IMG/VR virus record: IMGVR_UViG_3300010413_002075
Location: 1-62,779 of that record
Length of the DNA stretch: 62,779 nt
Origin: a virus
Taxonomy: Duplodnaviria > Caudoviricetes
Strand: one strand, 5' to 3'
The position numbers and the translations under genes are program-made. Positions 29,783-39,427 of this stretch are shown in pieces. Every line of letters starts with the position of its first letter. Position 1 is the first letter of the stretch. Below the pieces are notes generated by a model. The model did no database searches and had not been told where the DNA came from. It worked only from the letters and a program-made list of their open reading frames with translations.

Positions 29783-31864
29783 TTATTGAAAGCAAACCTG
29801 ACTACCATTTTGGGTCTTATTTACTACAATAATGTCTTCAAATCGCTCCTTTAATCGTTCGCTATGGGTAATAACCAATATCTTCATTTCACTGCTTAGT
29901 TGCTTTACGATATTAATGAACATTTCCAGGCCCTTATTGTCTAAATTAGAACTTACCTCGTCTAACAATAAGAACTTGATTACGCCTCCCATACGATTTG
30001 ACAAAATGTTACTTAATGCCAGCCTCAAGGCCAGCGATATTCTAAATTTTTCTCCACCGCTAAATGTATCAAAATCATCAGTTCTGGCGCCTGCCTTTAC
30101 TATTATGTCAAATGTTTCCGTCCAAGAACCACTGTCCGTTTGCTTTTGGGTTTGTATAGAAATAGATGTTGGTTCATTACAAATTTTGGCCAATGTTTCA
30201 TTTGAATAATTTTCCAATTCTTCAATAACATTTTCAATAATAACCGACTGTATTCCTTCTTTCCCAAAATATCCTCTAAGTTTAACATAAATAGAATGCG
30301 AACTTTTAAGCTTATCCACTTCAGTTTTTAGGATTTCTTGGTTCTTTTGCAAATTGATTATTTCATTATATCGACGTCTCTTGCTCCCATAATCAACATT
30401 AAGTCTGTCGATTTGTCTTTTGAGATTACTAACTTCTTTGTCTAACGCTTCAATGTCTTTTTCTAATTGTTCTTTCATATCTTTGTTAGAACGAATTTTC
30501 AAATCAGAAATTTGCTTTTCAAAAGTTGACAAATTTATAGCTGTTTTTTCCTTAGCCAGACGTTTATTATCTTCTATACAATCATTAATTTCATCTTGCC
30601 AGTTTGATATTTTAATCTCGGTTTTAGTCTTATCTAATTCAGCCTTATTACCATCATCTACTATTTTTTCTTTTTGTTTAAGTGTTCGCTCGGCACGTTC
30701 TAATTTTTTTCTAGTTTCGCTATACTTTTCCTGTGCCACACGAAGTTGTTCCCGACGTCTTTCGCGAATTTCGTCTATTTCTTTTTTTGTTAATGGCTTT
30801 TCACAAACGTCACACTTATCATTATCTAATTTAATATCTCCTTTTAGATCTGATATTTGTGTGGCTAATACCTGCTCTTTAGTTTGACCAACCAATATTT
30901 TAGATCTCAATTCTTCGATATTTACTTCCTTCTTAGCTTTTATTTTATCTTTTAAAAGATTGAGTCTCTGTTGTTGTTCGGCTATTTTACCCGTGTTATC
31001 CTTGATCATTTTTTCATTATCAAGTATGACATTATCTATTTCTTCTCTTCTCTTTTTAGCCGACAATAAGTCTCTTTGTAGTTTTTTTAACGTACCATAT
31101 ATATCTTCATTGCCATTATACAGGGCCTGAAATTGAGATTTTTTTGTTATTATGTCAGAGTACATTTTTGAATATTCTTGATTGCTGGCCCGAATTTGCT
31201 TTTTGATTTGTGCCATTATCTTTTCACATTCTGTCTTCCCCTTTTCAAGATTATCCATAGACATTAATTGTTGTTCTTTTTCATCGATTTTTACGGATAA
31301 TGTTTTCGCATGTTCTTTTGCTTTCTTTTGATATTCATCCCATTTGTCCATTTTCAGCAAGGATTTGAGAATGTCTTTGCGTCTACTCGGAGTAGCTGTA
31401 GCAAACATTGAAATATCATCTTGTTTGAAATATACAGAATTTACAAAAACTTCATAATTGAAATTGATAATATGAACAATTTTTTTATCGGTAGCGGAAT
31501 TGGTATCACAATCTACATTGTCCCATTCACTTCCACTCCATTGTTCTAATGTTACATCCGCATCACGTATTACTTTATCTCGCGTCCTAGTAACTCTGTA
31601 TAGCGTGCCGTCTACCTCGAAAGAAAATTCAACTCTACAGGCTCTTTTGTCCCATTTAACAACGCCATCAACTTTCTTGTGTCTAGATTTGCCAAATAAT
31701 GCCCAAGCAATAGCCTCAAAAATAGCACTTTTGCCAGCGCCATTAGATTGATCTACTTCATCATCATAACTGCCTAAAATTAATGCAGCTTGAAATTTGT
31801 CAAAATCTATTTCGGAAGTATCATGTGACAAAAAGTTTTGTATTTTAAGGCTCTTTGGAATCAT
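29783..31864 (-). CDS. sbcC: SbcC/Rad50 ATPase
   Basis: NFLSH, NGAGKS, coiled coil with CDVC hook, FSGGE, LLLDE, ITH. Confidence 0.93.
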   Translation of the reverse strand: MIPKSLKIQNFLSHDTSEIDFDKFQAALILGSYDDEVDQSNGAGKSAIFEAIAWALFGKSRHKKVDGVVKWDKRACRVEFSFEVDGTLYRVTRTRDKVIRDADVTLEQWSGSEWDNVDCDTNSATDKKIVHIINFNYEVFVNSVYFKQDDISMFATATPSRRKDILKSLLKMDKWDEYQKKAKEHAKTLSVKIDEKEQQLMSMDNLEKGKTECEKIMAQIKKQIRASNQEYSKMYSDIITKKSQFQALYNGNEDIYGTLKKLQRDLLSAKKRREEIDNVILDNEKMIKDNTGKIAEQQQRLNLLKDKIKAKKEVNIEELRSKILVGQTKEQVLATQISDLKGDIKLDNDKCDVCEKPLTKKEIDEIRERRREQLRVAQEKYSETRKKLERAERTLKQKEKIVDDGNKAELDKTKTEIKISNWQDEINDCIEDNKRLAKEKTAINLSTFEKQISDLKIRSNKDMKEQLEKDIEALDKEVSNLKRQIDRLNVDYGSKRRRYNEIINLQKNQEILKTEVDKLKSSHSIYVKLRGYFGKEGIQSVIIENVIEELENYSNETLAKICNEPTSISIQTQKQTDSGSWTETFDIIVKAGARTDDFDTFSGGEKFRISLALRLALSNILSNRMGGVIKFLLLDEVSSNLDNKGLEMFINIVKQLSSEMKILVITHSERLKERFEDIIVVNKTQNGSQVCFQ

Positions 31865-31865
31865 A

Positions 31866-33068
31866 TTATTTACCCTCTACCTCTGTAATAATACTATTTG
31901 CAAACTTAATGAGCTTGGCTTTTACTTGTTCTGGTTCAATTAAAGAGCGTATAAAAGCCGACATAGCCTTCTTGCCGCTTACAGTTTCTGTAATTTTCTT
32001 GTTACGCAGTTGTCTAAAGTTTACTGAAGAAATTTCCATTGGAGACAAATGCTGTACACCTTTACTCAAAATATGTTTTCTTAACTTATCTTGATTCACG
32101 TAATAATGGTCGTTTTGTTTCACTTTAGCTACCAATTTCACTATAGCTCCTTCCAGCTTCCAGCGCATATTAAATTTATCTATGTCTAATATTATTTTAT
32201 CAGTAATTTGATTTTTATAATATTTCTCACCATCTGAATAGTCGAAATTCATTTCATACAAATTTCTAATATCACTTCTTATAATTTCGGGTCTCTTAAT
32301 ATCTTTGGTATCCAATATCACAGCAACTTTTGTATGATGTTTTTCACCAAACGAAATTTTCTCCATGGACCCAGAATACATTATAAGAGGATCTTTTGAT
32401 AACACGGCATGTTTATGAACATGCCCCATTATTACAGCGTCAAAATCTTTAAACATACTGAGAGGCAAAATAAGCTCATTAATACTGAATGAATCTGGAT
32501 TTTCTCCCGTAATAGCCCTATCTATCATAAAATGACCAATAGCTATTCTGGGTTTATCCATATTAGAACATAGTGCGGTTATTTTGTTATTTATCTCAGC
32601 AATAGCCTCTGAATTTGTTTTAGTGGCCATCATACGCCTATCTCTATATGGCATCAATATACAATTTATATTGTTACCATCTTCATCAGTTAAAGTATGA
32701 GCGCTGAAATCGGGATATATATGGATCCCTGGGGTTTCAAGAGAACTGAAAATATCCACTGTAGTAGTAGATATTGTTCGTTGTTGATCGTGATTTCCAA
32801 CGACTACAATTAACTCTAACCCCTTATTAATTGCTCGTTGAACACACTTTGAGAAAGCATTTAATTGTGCGGAAGTCGGATGTCTGGTTTCAAAAATATC
32901 CCCAGTTAATATTACCACTTTCACATCACGTTTAATGAATTCATCTATCGTGTTGTTGAATGTGTTTGAAAAATCTATTAACCTGGAATTAAATTGTGTT
33001 TTTGGATCCAATTTTCCTAAATTATATCCCGCGCCAAAATGCGTATCACCTATAATTCCTATTTTCAT
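31866..33068 (-). CDS. sbcD: SbcD/Mre11 nuclease
   Basis: DTHFG, GDIF, GNHD, GH, GHVH, YSGS. Confidence 0.93.
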   Translation of the reverse strand: MKIGIIGDTHFGAGYNLGKLDPKTQFNSRLIDFSNTFNNTIDEFIKRDVKVVILTGDIFETRHPTSAQLNAFSKCVQRAINKGLELIVVVGNHDQQRTISTTTVDIFSSLETPGIHIYPDFSAHTLTDEDGNNINCILMPYRDRRMMATKTNSEAIAEINNKITALCSNMDKPRIAIGHFMIDRAITGENPDSFSINELILPLSMFKDFDAVIMGHVHKHAVLSKDPLIMYSGSMEKISFGEKHHTKVAVILDTKDIKRPEIIRSDIRNLYEMNFDYSDGEKYYKNQITDKIILDIDKFNMRWKLEGAIVKLVAKVKQNDHYYVNQDKLRKHILSKGVQHLSPMEISSVNFRQLRNKKITETVSGKKAMSAFIRSLIEPEQVKAKLIKFANSIITEVEGK

Positions 33069-33690
33069 ATTGTTTTCTCTTTAGATACTGAACTATTTTA
33101 TCATAATAGTCCTTGGCAATTTTCCAATCGTCATCTTCAAGCTGATCTAAATATTTGTCTAATTTGGCAAATCTTTTATCTGCCCAATTTTTCCATTCAT
33201 TATACTCCTTTTTGCCTTTAATGGAATTGAGGAAATTTCTTATTTCCACTCCTGCTCTAAATACGTGAGTAGAAACTTTTTGTTCTGGATCACGTTTTTT
33301 AGATCTGCTTATACCACTTAAATCTTCTTCATCTATATTTCCATCAGTTACGCCAGCAATTTGAGCTAACCATTTGGCCGACTCATAAAATGGCTTGCCA
33401 GCATAAAGCCTGACCATATCTATAACATTACCTCCAGAATTACATCCAAAACAATAGAATTTATTCTGTTCTTCAGATACAAAAAAGGAAGCGGTGCGCT
33501 CATCACCAAATGCATGAAGGGGAAATGGGCATTTCATTCTATGCGTAAATTCGCCAGTTCTACATGCAGCATATTCAATCCCCCATTTATCTAATATGTC
33601 CAAAATGTTAACTTTGTCAAGCACAACATCTAAAAGACCTTCGATTTCAAGCAAAGGTTCTTCTATTTGGTCCCATCCCTTCACGCTCAT
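33046..33690 (-). CDS. Stand-alone CHC2 primase zinc-binding-domain protein
   Basis: CPFPLH...ERTASF...FYCFGC..GGNVI. Confidence 0.85.
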   Translation of the reverse strand: MSVKGWDQIEEPLLEIEGLLDVVLDKVNILDILDKWGIEYAACRTGEFTHRMKCPFPLHAFGDERTASFFVSEEQNKFYCFGCNSGGNVIDMVRLYAGKPFYESAKWLAQIAGVTDGNIDEEDLSGISRSKKRDPEQKVSTHVFRAGVEIRNFLNSIKGKKEYNEWKNWADKRFAKLDKYLDQLEDDDWKIAKDYYDKIVQYLKRKQYENRNYR

Positions 33691-33691
33691 T

Positions 33692-34747
33692 TTAACCTCT
33701 CAGGAAATTAATTACTCTTGAAAATCTACTTCTTTTATTTATTTCACATATTTGTTGTATTTTATCAGATTGTATAAAAGCTCCTTGGAATCTTACCATG
33801 TCATGTCCAACTGAATGTATTAGTGCATCGCCACGACCTAGTAGTTTCTCGGCGCCACTACATCCTAAAACTACACGGCTATCTGGTAATGAAGATACTC
33901 TACAGCTTATTCTAGCAGGAAAATTAGCTTTGATGAGACCAGTGACAACATCTACCGAAGGTCGTTGTGTGGCCATAATTATATGAATACCACAAGCACG
34001 AGATTTCTGAGCTAATAGGCAAAGGTTTCTTTGGAATTCTTTTTTAGCTGTATGCATCAAATCCGAAAATTCATCAATTACCACAACTATATATGGCATT
34101 TGATGTTTACCACTTTTGTTATAATCTATAATTGTATTGACTGAAGCTTTTGACATTATTCTGAAACGACTTTCCATTTCAACAACTAGATCGACCAGAA
34201 CATCTAAAGCATTATCAGAATCAGTTATGACTGGATATAATAGCTGTTTAATGCCTGAATAATATGTAAGTTCTACTTTTTTTGGATCTATTAATGCAAA
34301 TTTAACATTGCGATTTGACATAATCAATCCATTCAAAATAGAATGAAGCAGAACAGATTTTCCTGATCCAGTAGTTCCGGCAATAAGCAAATGTGGCATT
34401 ATTGCCAAATCAGTTATTAGATTGTTTCCATCATGGGTACAGCCAAGAATTAATGGTAATTCATCATTGTTAAACTGCAAATCACATACTACGCTGTCAA
34501 AATCTACTTTTTCAATAGGCTTCGTGAGAAGCTCAATGCCAACCAATCCCTTATTAGTTATTACTCGCACGATTGGTTTACTGTACGCCCTTAAACCTAA
34601 TGCTATCTCTGTAGCACAATTTTCAATTTTAGAGACTTTGGCTCCTGGACGAAGACGCAAGTAGTATTTGGACATAGTTCCATTATCTTCACTATCCACC
34701 ACGTCCGCTTTGATTTTCAACTGATTCAATATGTCTTGCATCATCAT
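33692..34747 (-). CDS. FtsK/SpoIIIE-type ATPase (motor only)
   Basis: PHLLIAGTTGSGKS, IDPK, IDEFSD, ATQRPS, GAEKLLGRGD. Confidence 0.92.
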   Translation of the reverse strand: MMMQDILNQLKIKADVVDSEDNGTMSKYYLRLRPGAKVSKIENCATEIALGLRAYSKPIVRVITNKGLVGIELLTKPIEKVDFDSVVCDLQFNNDELPLILGCTHDGNNLITDLAIMPHLLIAGTTGSGKSVLLHSILNGLIMSNRNVKFALIDPKKVELTYYSGIKQLLYPVITDSDNALDVLVDLVVEMESRFRIMSKASVNTIIDYNKSGKHQMPYIVVVIDEFSDLMHTAKKEFQRNLCLLAQKSRACGIHIIMATQRPSVDVVTGLIKANFPARISCRVSSLPDSRVVLGCSGAEKLLGRGDALIHSVGHDMVRFQGAFIQSDKIQQICEINKRSRFSRVINFLRG

Positions 34748-34934
34748 ATGTACTCGTTTCTGTGTCTAAATTCAAATTACCAGTGACAGCCAACACATAT
34801 GCTATCACTAACAATGGCACGACATAGGGTGCCATTTTCCATATAAACTTGCCTATTCCTATAGTGACTTGCAACACAAATGCAAGACAAAATAAAGCAA
34901 TAATTACAAGTATAATTGATTCAGCAATTCCCAT
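34692..34934 (-). CDS. Small membrane protein (two TM segments)
   Basis: Two hydrophobic stretches; overlaps the FtsK start. Confidence 0.6.
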   Translation of the reverse strand: MGIAESIILVIIALFCLAFVLQVTIGIGKFIWKMAPYVVPLLVIAYVLAVTGNLNLDTETSTYDDARHIESVENQSGRGG

Positions 34935-35158
34935 TATACACCTTGTATCTTGTCATAAACTTTATTTAACATTTCTATTTTAGCATCGTAAATCTGCGAC
35001 AAAACTTTTGCCGTGTCTTCGAATTCTTTAGTCTTTCCCATTACGGTTTTAAGCTGAGCAAGCAATTTGGCATGTTCGTTTTGTACTTCGTTAAGAAGAC
35101 TAGCAACAAACAATTTTACTTGTTCTAGTTGATAATTTTTACTTACCACTTCCTTCAC
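34934..35158 (-). CDS. Hypothetical protein
   Basis: 74-aa coupled ORF. Confidence 0.55.
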   Translation of the reverse strand: MKEVVSKNYQLEQVKLFVASLLNEVQNEHAKLLAQLKTVMGKTKEFEDTAKVLSQIYDAKIEMLNKVYDKIQGV

Positions 35159-35498
35159 CAGACTTTTTCATTTTTTCTACTTCACGTTTAAGAAGTAGTA
35201 ATTCATATTCTAATTCGTTGACACGATCACGAACAACTAATTGTTCTCTAATTGCTATCGATGCTAATGAAAGAATTCCTTCCCCAATATTTACATTCTC
35301 TAGCGCAACAGCAGCCTTAACTAACCGATCAACCACCTGCTTCTCTGTATTTTTTAAAGCTGGCGATTTATTTTGTTCGAGCACTTTGTTAGAAACTAAT
35401 TCATGAAATGCTTTGAAAGCTTCTGCTAATTCTTGTTTTCTACGCATTAAATTTTGTTGATCTGGGAAAGACATAGGTGGTAATTGATTCTGATCCAT
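35139..35498 (-). CDS. Hypothetical coiled-coil protein
   Basis: AAGGAG RBS; 119 aa. Confidence 0.65.
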   Translation of the reverse strand: MDQNQLPPMSFPDQQNLMRRKQELAEAFKAFHELVSNKVLEQNKSPALKNTEKQVVDRLVKAAVALENVNIGEGILSLASIAIREQLVVRDRVNELEYELLLLKREVEKMKKSGEGSGK

Positions 35499-35515
35499 CT
35501 TATTCTCCTTGTGTT

Positions 35516-35915
35516 TGGTGGAGCCGGAGGGAATCGAACCCTCGTCCGCAAAACTTCTTACAATATCTCATATGACTATCTGCACTGAACGGTTTATTTT
35601 ATAGTCTGTCCAACTCAGCACCAAGTATTCAGACTAGGGACGTAGGCTAGCTACGCCTCCACCAGGTTGCTTTTTAAGTCATCCCAGGACCGAAGGATTA
35701 CCACCGTCATCGTCTACCTTCTGTTGCCAGGTAAGTAGAAACCCCGCTCTGTTCGCTTTTTAGGCTGCTAGAGCAACGGGCGCACTGTCCGAAAACAGAT
35801 TGCCACTGAAAAATGCTTCTTCGGCATTTAAAAAGTTGAGCCTTTTTAACGTGGCCTGCTCAACCACGAGTCATCAACATTGCCGCCCATTCCACGTCGA
35901 AACCAGTACGGCCCC
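35516..35915 (-). ncRNA. ssrA: tmRNA
   Basis: 5' GGGGCCGTACTGGTTTCGAC; 3' GAGGGTTCGATTCCCTCCGGCTCCACCA with G3-U70; tag frame 35825-35760 encodes AEEAFFSGNLFSDSAPVALAA-stop. Confidence 0.95.
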
Positions 35916-35926
35916 ACATTATTCTG

Positions 35927-36250
35927 CTAATTATTAGCAGTTTTTGGTTTAACATACAATATCATTCCACATCTCTTATGCATTTCGTAGAAATAGTTGA
36001 TATGTTTATACATTTCTTCACTTATGTATTCTAATTCGTATAGCTTATAAATAGCGTTGCTTATGATATGAGGCTTATTACATATTTGCTCAAATACTTT
36101 GGGCACACTGTCCAAATATTGTATAATGTCAAAATAAGACTGTGTGTTTTCAATCTTTTCTAAATCTAGGATTACATTCTCCACGCCTTTGCAAAAACAA
36201 AGGTCGAACTGATAATGTCCTTCGCATCCCAAAACAAGTAGAGCTTTCAT
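35927..36250 (-). CDS. Hypothetical protein
   Basis: 107-aa ORF. Confidence 0.6.
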   Translation of the reverse strand: MKALLVLGCEGHYQFDLCFCKGVENVILDLEKIENTQSYFDIIQYLDSVPKVFEQICNKPHIISNAIYKLYELEYISEEMYKHINYFYEMHKRCGMILYVKPKTANN

Positions 36251-36259
36251 AAATAAATC

Positions 36260-36760
36260 TCATTGCGTACTTTTTAAGTCTATTATAATCCGCTTTCGCT
36301 TACTTTCAAGCTGTCTGACTTTAATACCAGCCAAAGCAAATAGACGTCTAGCCGCTATACATTCTGAAGAATCATGATATTTATCATTCAAATATATGAC
36401 TTCACTAATTCTATTTTGTATAATATGTATGGCACATTTGTTACATGGATGTAGCGTCACATAAAGCCGACTGCCATGAATTCTGCTTTTATCACAGTTT
36501 GCTATGGCATTTTCTTCAGCATGAACTACATATGCATATTTAGTATCTTCGTAATTTCCTTCTCTATCCCATGGCAAAACGTTGCTTGGAATATCTCTAG
36601 GAAATCCGTTATAACCTACTCCTATTACTCTATTATCCTTGTCTACTAAACATGCTCCAACTTGAGTATTAGGATCTTTACTATCATCCGCAAATAATAC
36701 CGCCACCGCCATAAATGTGTCATCTTTACACAAATAATTTTTTCTAGGCCCAAGCATCAT
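36260..36760 (-). CDS. dCMP deaminase
   Basis: SKDP.TQVGA, GYNG, HAEENA, PCNKC. Confidence 0.93.
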   Translation of the reverse strand: MMLGPRKNYLCKDDTFMAVAVLFADDSKDPNTQVGACLVDKDNRVIGVGYNGFPRDIPSNVLPWDREGNYEDTKYAYVVHAEENAIANCDKSRIHGSRLYVTLHPCNKCAIHIIQNRISEVIYLNDKYHDSSECIAARRLFALAGIKVRQLESKRKRIIIDLKSTQ

Positions 36761-36764
36761 ATCC

Positions 36765-37313
36765 TCAATAAAATACATCCTGATTGGCTCTTAAAAATCC
36801 ATCAACATACTCATGTTCTTCGTTTATATTTTCAAACGTAATTCCACATTCATCAAACAAATAATGGGTAAGTTCATGTGCCAAATTTTGTCGCCAATAA
36901 TATTTTTGTAAGTTGACTGGAACAATATATAAGTTGTTAGTTATAGTAAAATACCTGCCAAATACAATTTTGGTTCCTTCTCCGGGCTTGTCTGAATAAA
37001 CTCTTTCTCCTGGAAAATTATTTTTGTCATCTAATTCTTCATTATCACCGACAATAATTATATTTACAGGATCCAGTCTACAAGTGTCCTGTTCTACATC
37101 AAAATGAACAAAAAATCTTCTTTTCGTATTTCTGAAGGCTTGCTTAATTACCTTTGTCTGCATAGAAGTTAGTGGATTAACAGACTTGACTTTGGCCTCT
37201 TTTCCAATTGTAAAAGTTGTTTTCCACGATCTTGTTGGAGTATAAGTATCTCTAGAATATACATTACTAGACATAAATAATCCCAGCAATATCGTAATCC
37301 ATAAATATTTCAC
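36765..37313 (-). CDS. Secreted HExxH (zincin-like) protein
   Basis: Signal-like N-terminus; LAHELTH with downstream EE. Confidence 0.6.
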   Translation of the reverse strand: MKYLWITILLGLFMSSNVYSRDTYTPTRSWKTTFTIGKEAKVKSVNPLTSMQTKVIKQAFRNTKRRFFVHFDVEQDTCRLDPVNIIIVGDNEELDDKNNFPGERVYSDKPGEGTKIVFGRYFTITNNLYIVPVNLQKYYWRQNLAHELTHYLFDECGITFENINEEHEYVDGFLRANQDVFY

Positions 37314-37945
37314 TTCTCTTTAAACTCCTTCAAAATTTCTTTAAGTATTTTTACATCCGCTTTAAATTCTTCTTTCTTTTCTTTTGGGGCATAAGCAGCC
37401 ACATAAGCTGGATGATATAATGGAAATACATCTACATTAAATTGTTCGGATTTTCGCAAAACGCCATGTTCTTTTGTGATTTTAAAATTACCCAATAAAA
37501 CTTGAGCTGCAAATCTTCCAAAAGTAACTACCAACTTTGGCTGAACAATTTCTAGTTGTTTTTCTAAATGTACTTTGCATTTATGTACTTCCCATAATTC
37601 TGGGTCTCTATTTTTTGGTGGCCTGCAGAGAACTGTGTTTGTTGTATACACTTCTTCTCTAGTTAAACCTAACGCCTTAAGCATTTTTTCATACAATTTG
37701 CCTGAAGTTCCTGGCGGTGTTAGCGGGCGCCCAAATTTTGTTTCTTGTAAACCTGGGGCTTCTGCCATGAAAATAATATCAGAATCTATATTGCCTTGCC
37801 CAACGACATGTGGATCAAAACCATCTAATGATTTTTCACACCCTAAATCGCATTTGGTACACTTTTTGGCTTCAGCTGCCCATTGCCCCCAATATCTTTC
37901 TGTACTGCACTCGGTATCAACATCTTCTCTGTATGAGTCGTCCAC
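37310..37945 (-). CDS. Uracil-DNA glycosylase family 4
   Basis: CTKC.L, AEAPG, CRPPKNRDP, YHPA. Confidence 0.9.
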   Translation of the reverse strand: MDDSYREDVDTECSTERYWGQWAAEAKKCTKCDLGCEKSLDGFDPHVVGQGNIDSDIIFMAEAPGLQETKFGRPLTPPGTSGKLYEKMLKALGLTREEVYTTNTVLCRPPKNRDPELWEVHKCKVHLEKQLEIVQPKLVVTFGRFAAQVLLGNFKITKEHGVLRKSEQFNVDVFPLYHPAYVAAYAPKEKKEEFKADVKILKEILKEFKEK

Positions 37946-37948
37946 TTT

Positions 37949-38785
37949 TTACTCCAGTCCGTATTTTTCAAATACTGCTGTGTATTCATTTATATTTTTG
38001 ACATATCCTTTTGTTTCTTTTGGTATGTCATTTTCAGTAAGATCGCCGGCCAACAGCTCTCTTACACGATGAGGCCCCCAATTATAAGCCATAAGCGCTT
38101 GGTCGTAAGTATCAAATTTTAATACCTGCTCAGACATATAAAAACATCCAGCACGAATATTGTGATAGATATTATCCGGGTCAGCCCTTTTGCCTTCAAA
38201 TTCTTTAAGAACTACATATTCCCATGTTTCAGGAATAAGTTGCATTAATCCCATGGCTCTAGCATGTGAGCGTGCTCTGGTCTTAAATTCACTTTCTTGT
38301 TTCATTTGTGCTAGGACACGAGCTATAGATAAATTATATTGATAACTATAATCTATCACTGCTACAGCTATGTTGTTGAGATCTCTAATTGTTAATTTAG
38401 TGTCAGTATTTTCAGTAATGGCGTTTCTAACTTTAACAATTAATTGCCTTCTTTTCTTTTCAGGTTTAATTGTGCTGTCCACTATATCTATTCTAGAGTT
38501 CAACTCCATTTTAGCCTCATCAAGATAGCCCGTGAACTCTACACCTTTTGCTTCTATAGCATCATAGAGCTCACGCCTATCTGATTCTCTATTTTCGTTG
38601 TAAGCTTCAATATGCTCTGAGAGGTCATTGTTTGTTATTTTATTGAGTCCAAATACGGACCCAATCATGGCATATTGCGATACATCAATTGCGCCTAAGA
38701 CTAAGATAGCAACCAAAATTACCATATGGAATATATGGCGCTTAGCATAACCTTTAACCCAATCAAACAATTTTCTCACAGTCAT
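37949..38785 (-). CDS. Lytic transglycosylase (SLT) with N-terminal TM anchor
   Basis: QESEF, AMGLMQL, AYNWG motifs; hydrophobic N-terminal helix. Confidence 0.9.
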   Translation of the reverse strand: MTVRKLFDWVKGYAKRHIFHMVILVAILVLGAIDVSQYAMIGSVFGLNKITNNDLSEHIEAYNENRESDRRELYDAIEAKGVEFTGYLDEAKMELNSRIDIVDSTIKPEKKRRQLIVKVRNAITENTDTKLTIRDLNNIAVAVIDYSYQYNLSIARVLAQMKQESEFKTRARSHARAMGLMQLIPETWEYVVLKEFEGKRADPDNIYHNIRAGCFYMSEQVLKFDTYDQALMAYNWGPHRVRELLAGDLTENDIPKETKGYVKNINEYTAVFEKYGLE

Positions 38786-38794
38786 GAATCACCT

Positions 38795-39427
38795 TTACTT
38801 TGTTTTTTCTTTTTTGGTAGCTGGCTTCTTCTTATTAGTTGCCTTTTTCTTAGTGGTAACCTTCCTGGTTACTTTTCTAGTAGGTACCATCTTATCAGCT
38901 ATACCATATTTAACGGCTTCTTCTGCCGACATGTACATTTCAGCTGCCATATCTTTCAAGATTTTGGCTTTGGACGTGCCGGTATCATTTGCCAATAAAT
39001 CTACATAAACATCCTGCATTCTTCTAGTTTCTAGAACAGTATTTTCCATTTCGCTAATTGGACCAAAAGTTCCGCCAGAAACCTCATGAATCATAACACG
39101 AGTATTTTGGGTAATAAATCTATTGCCTTTATCTCCAGCTGCCAGTAGCAAAACTCCTGCCGACATAACCTTTCCTATTCCAACCGTAACTATAGGGCAA
39201 CAGCATGCCTTCATAGCATCATACATACACAATGCTCCATCTACACTACCACCATAAGTATCGATATAAACACTAACCGGTTTGGCCATATCAATACACT
39301 CTAATGCTGTAAGTTGTTCTAGAAAATGGGCCGCTGTATCCTCTTTAATGGTTCCAGAAATAACAATTCGTCTCAATTGTTCATTCATTTGACTAATCAC
39401 GGGCGCCTCCTTATATTTTATGGACAC
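38795..39427 (-). CDS. clpP: ClpP-family protease subunit
   Basis: YIDTYGGSV, GKVMSAG (Ser), MIHE (His), MSAEEAVKYGIAD. Confidence 0.9.
   Translation of the reverse strand: MSIKYKEAPVISQMNEQLRRIVISGTIKEDTAAHFLEQLTALECIDMAKPVSVYIDTYGGSVDGALCMYDAMKACCCPIVTVGIGKVMSAGVLLLAAGDKGNRFITQNTRVMIHEVSGGTFGPISEMENTVLETRRMQDVYVDLLANDTGTSKAKILKDMAAEMYMSAEEAVKYGIADKMVPTRKVTRKVTTKKKATNKKKPATKKEKTK

Noticed and set aside
34692-34934. ORF ending in RGG as the ubiquitin-like substrate of the E1/JAB module
   Set aside because: It is a membrane protein without a beta-grasp pattern, and the tail lies in the overlap with FtsK, so it is probably coincidental.
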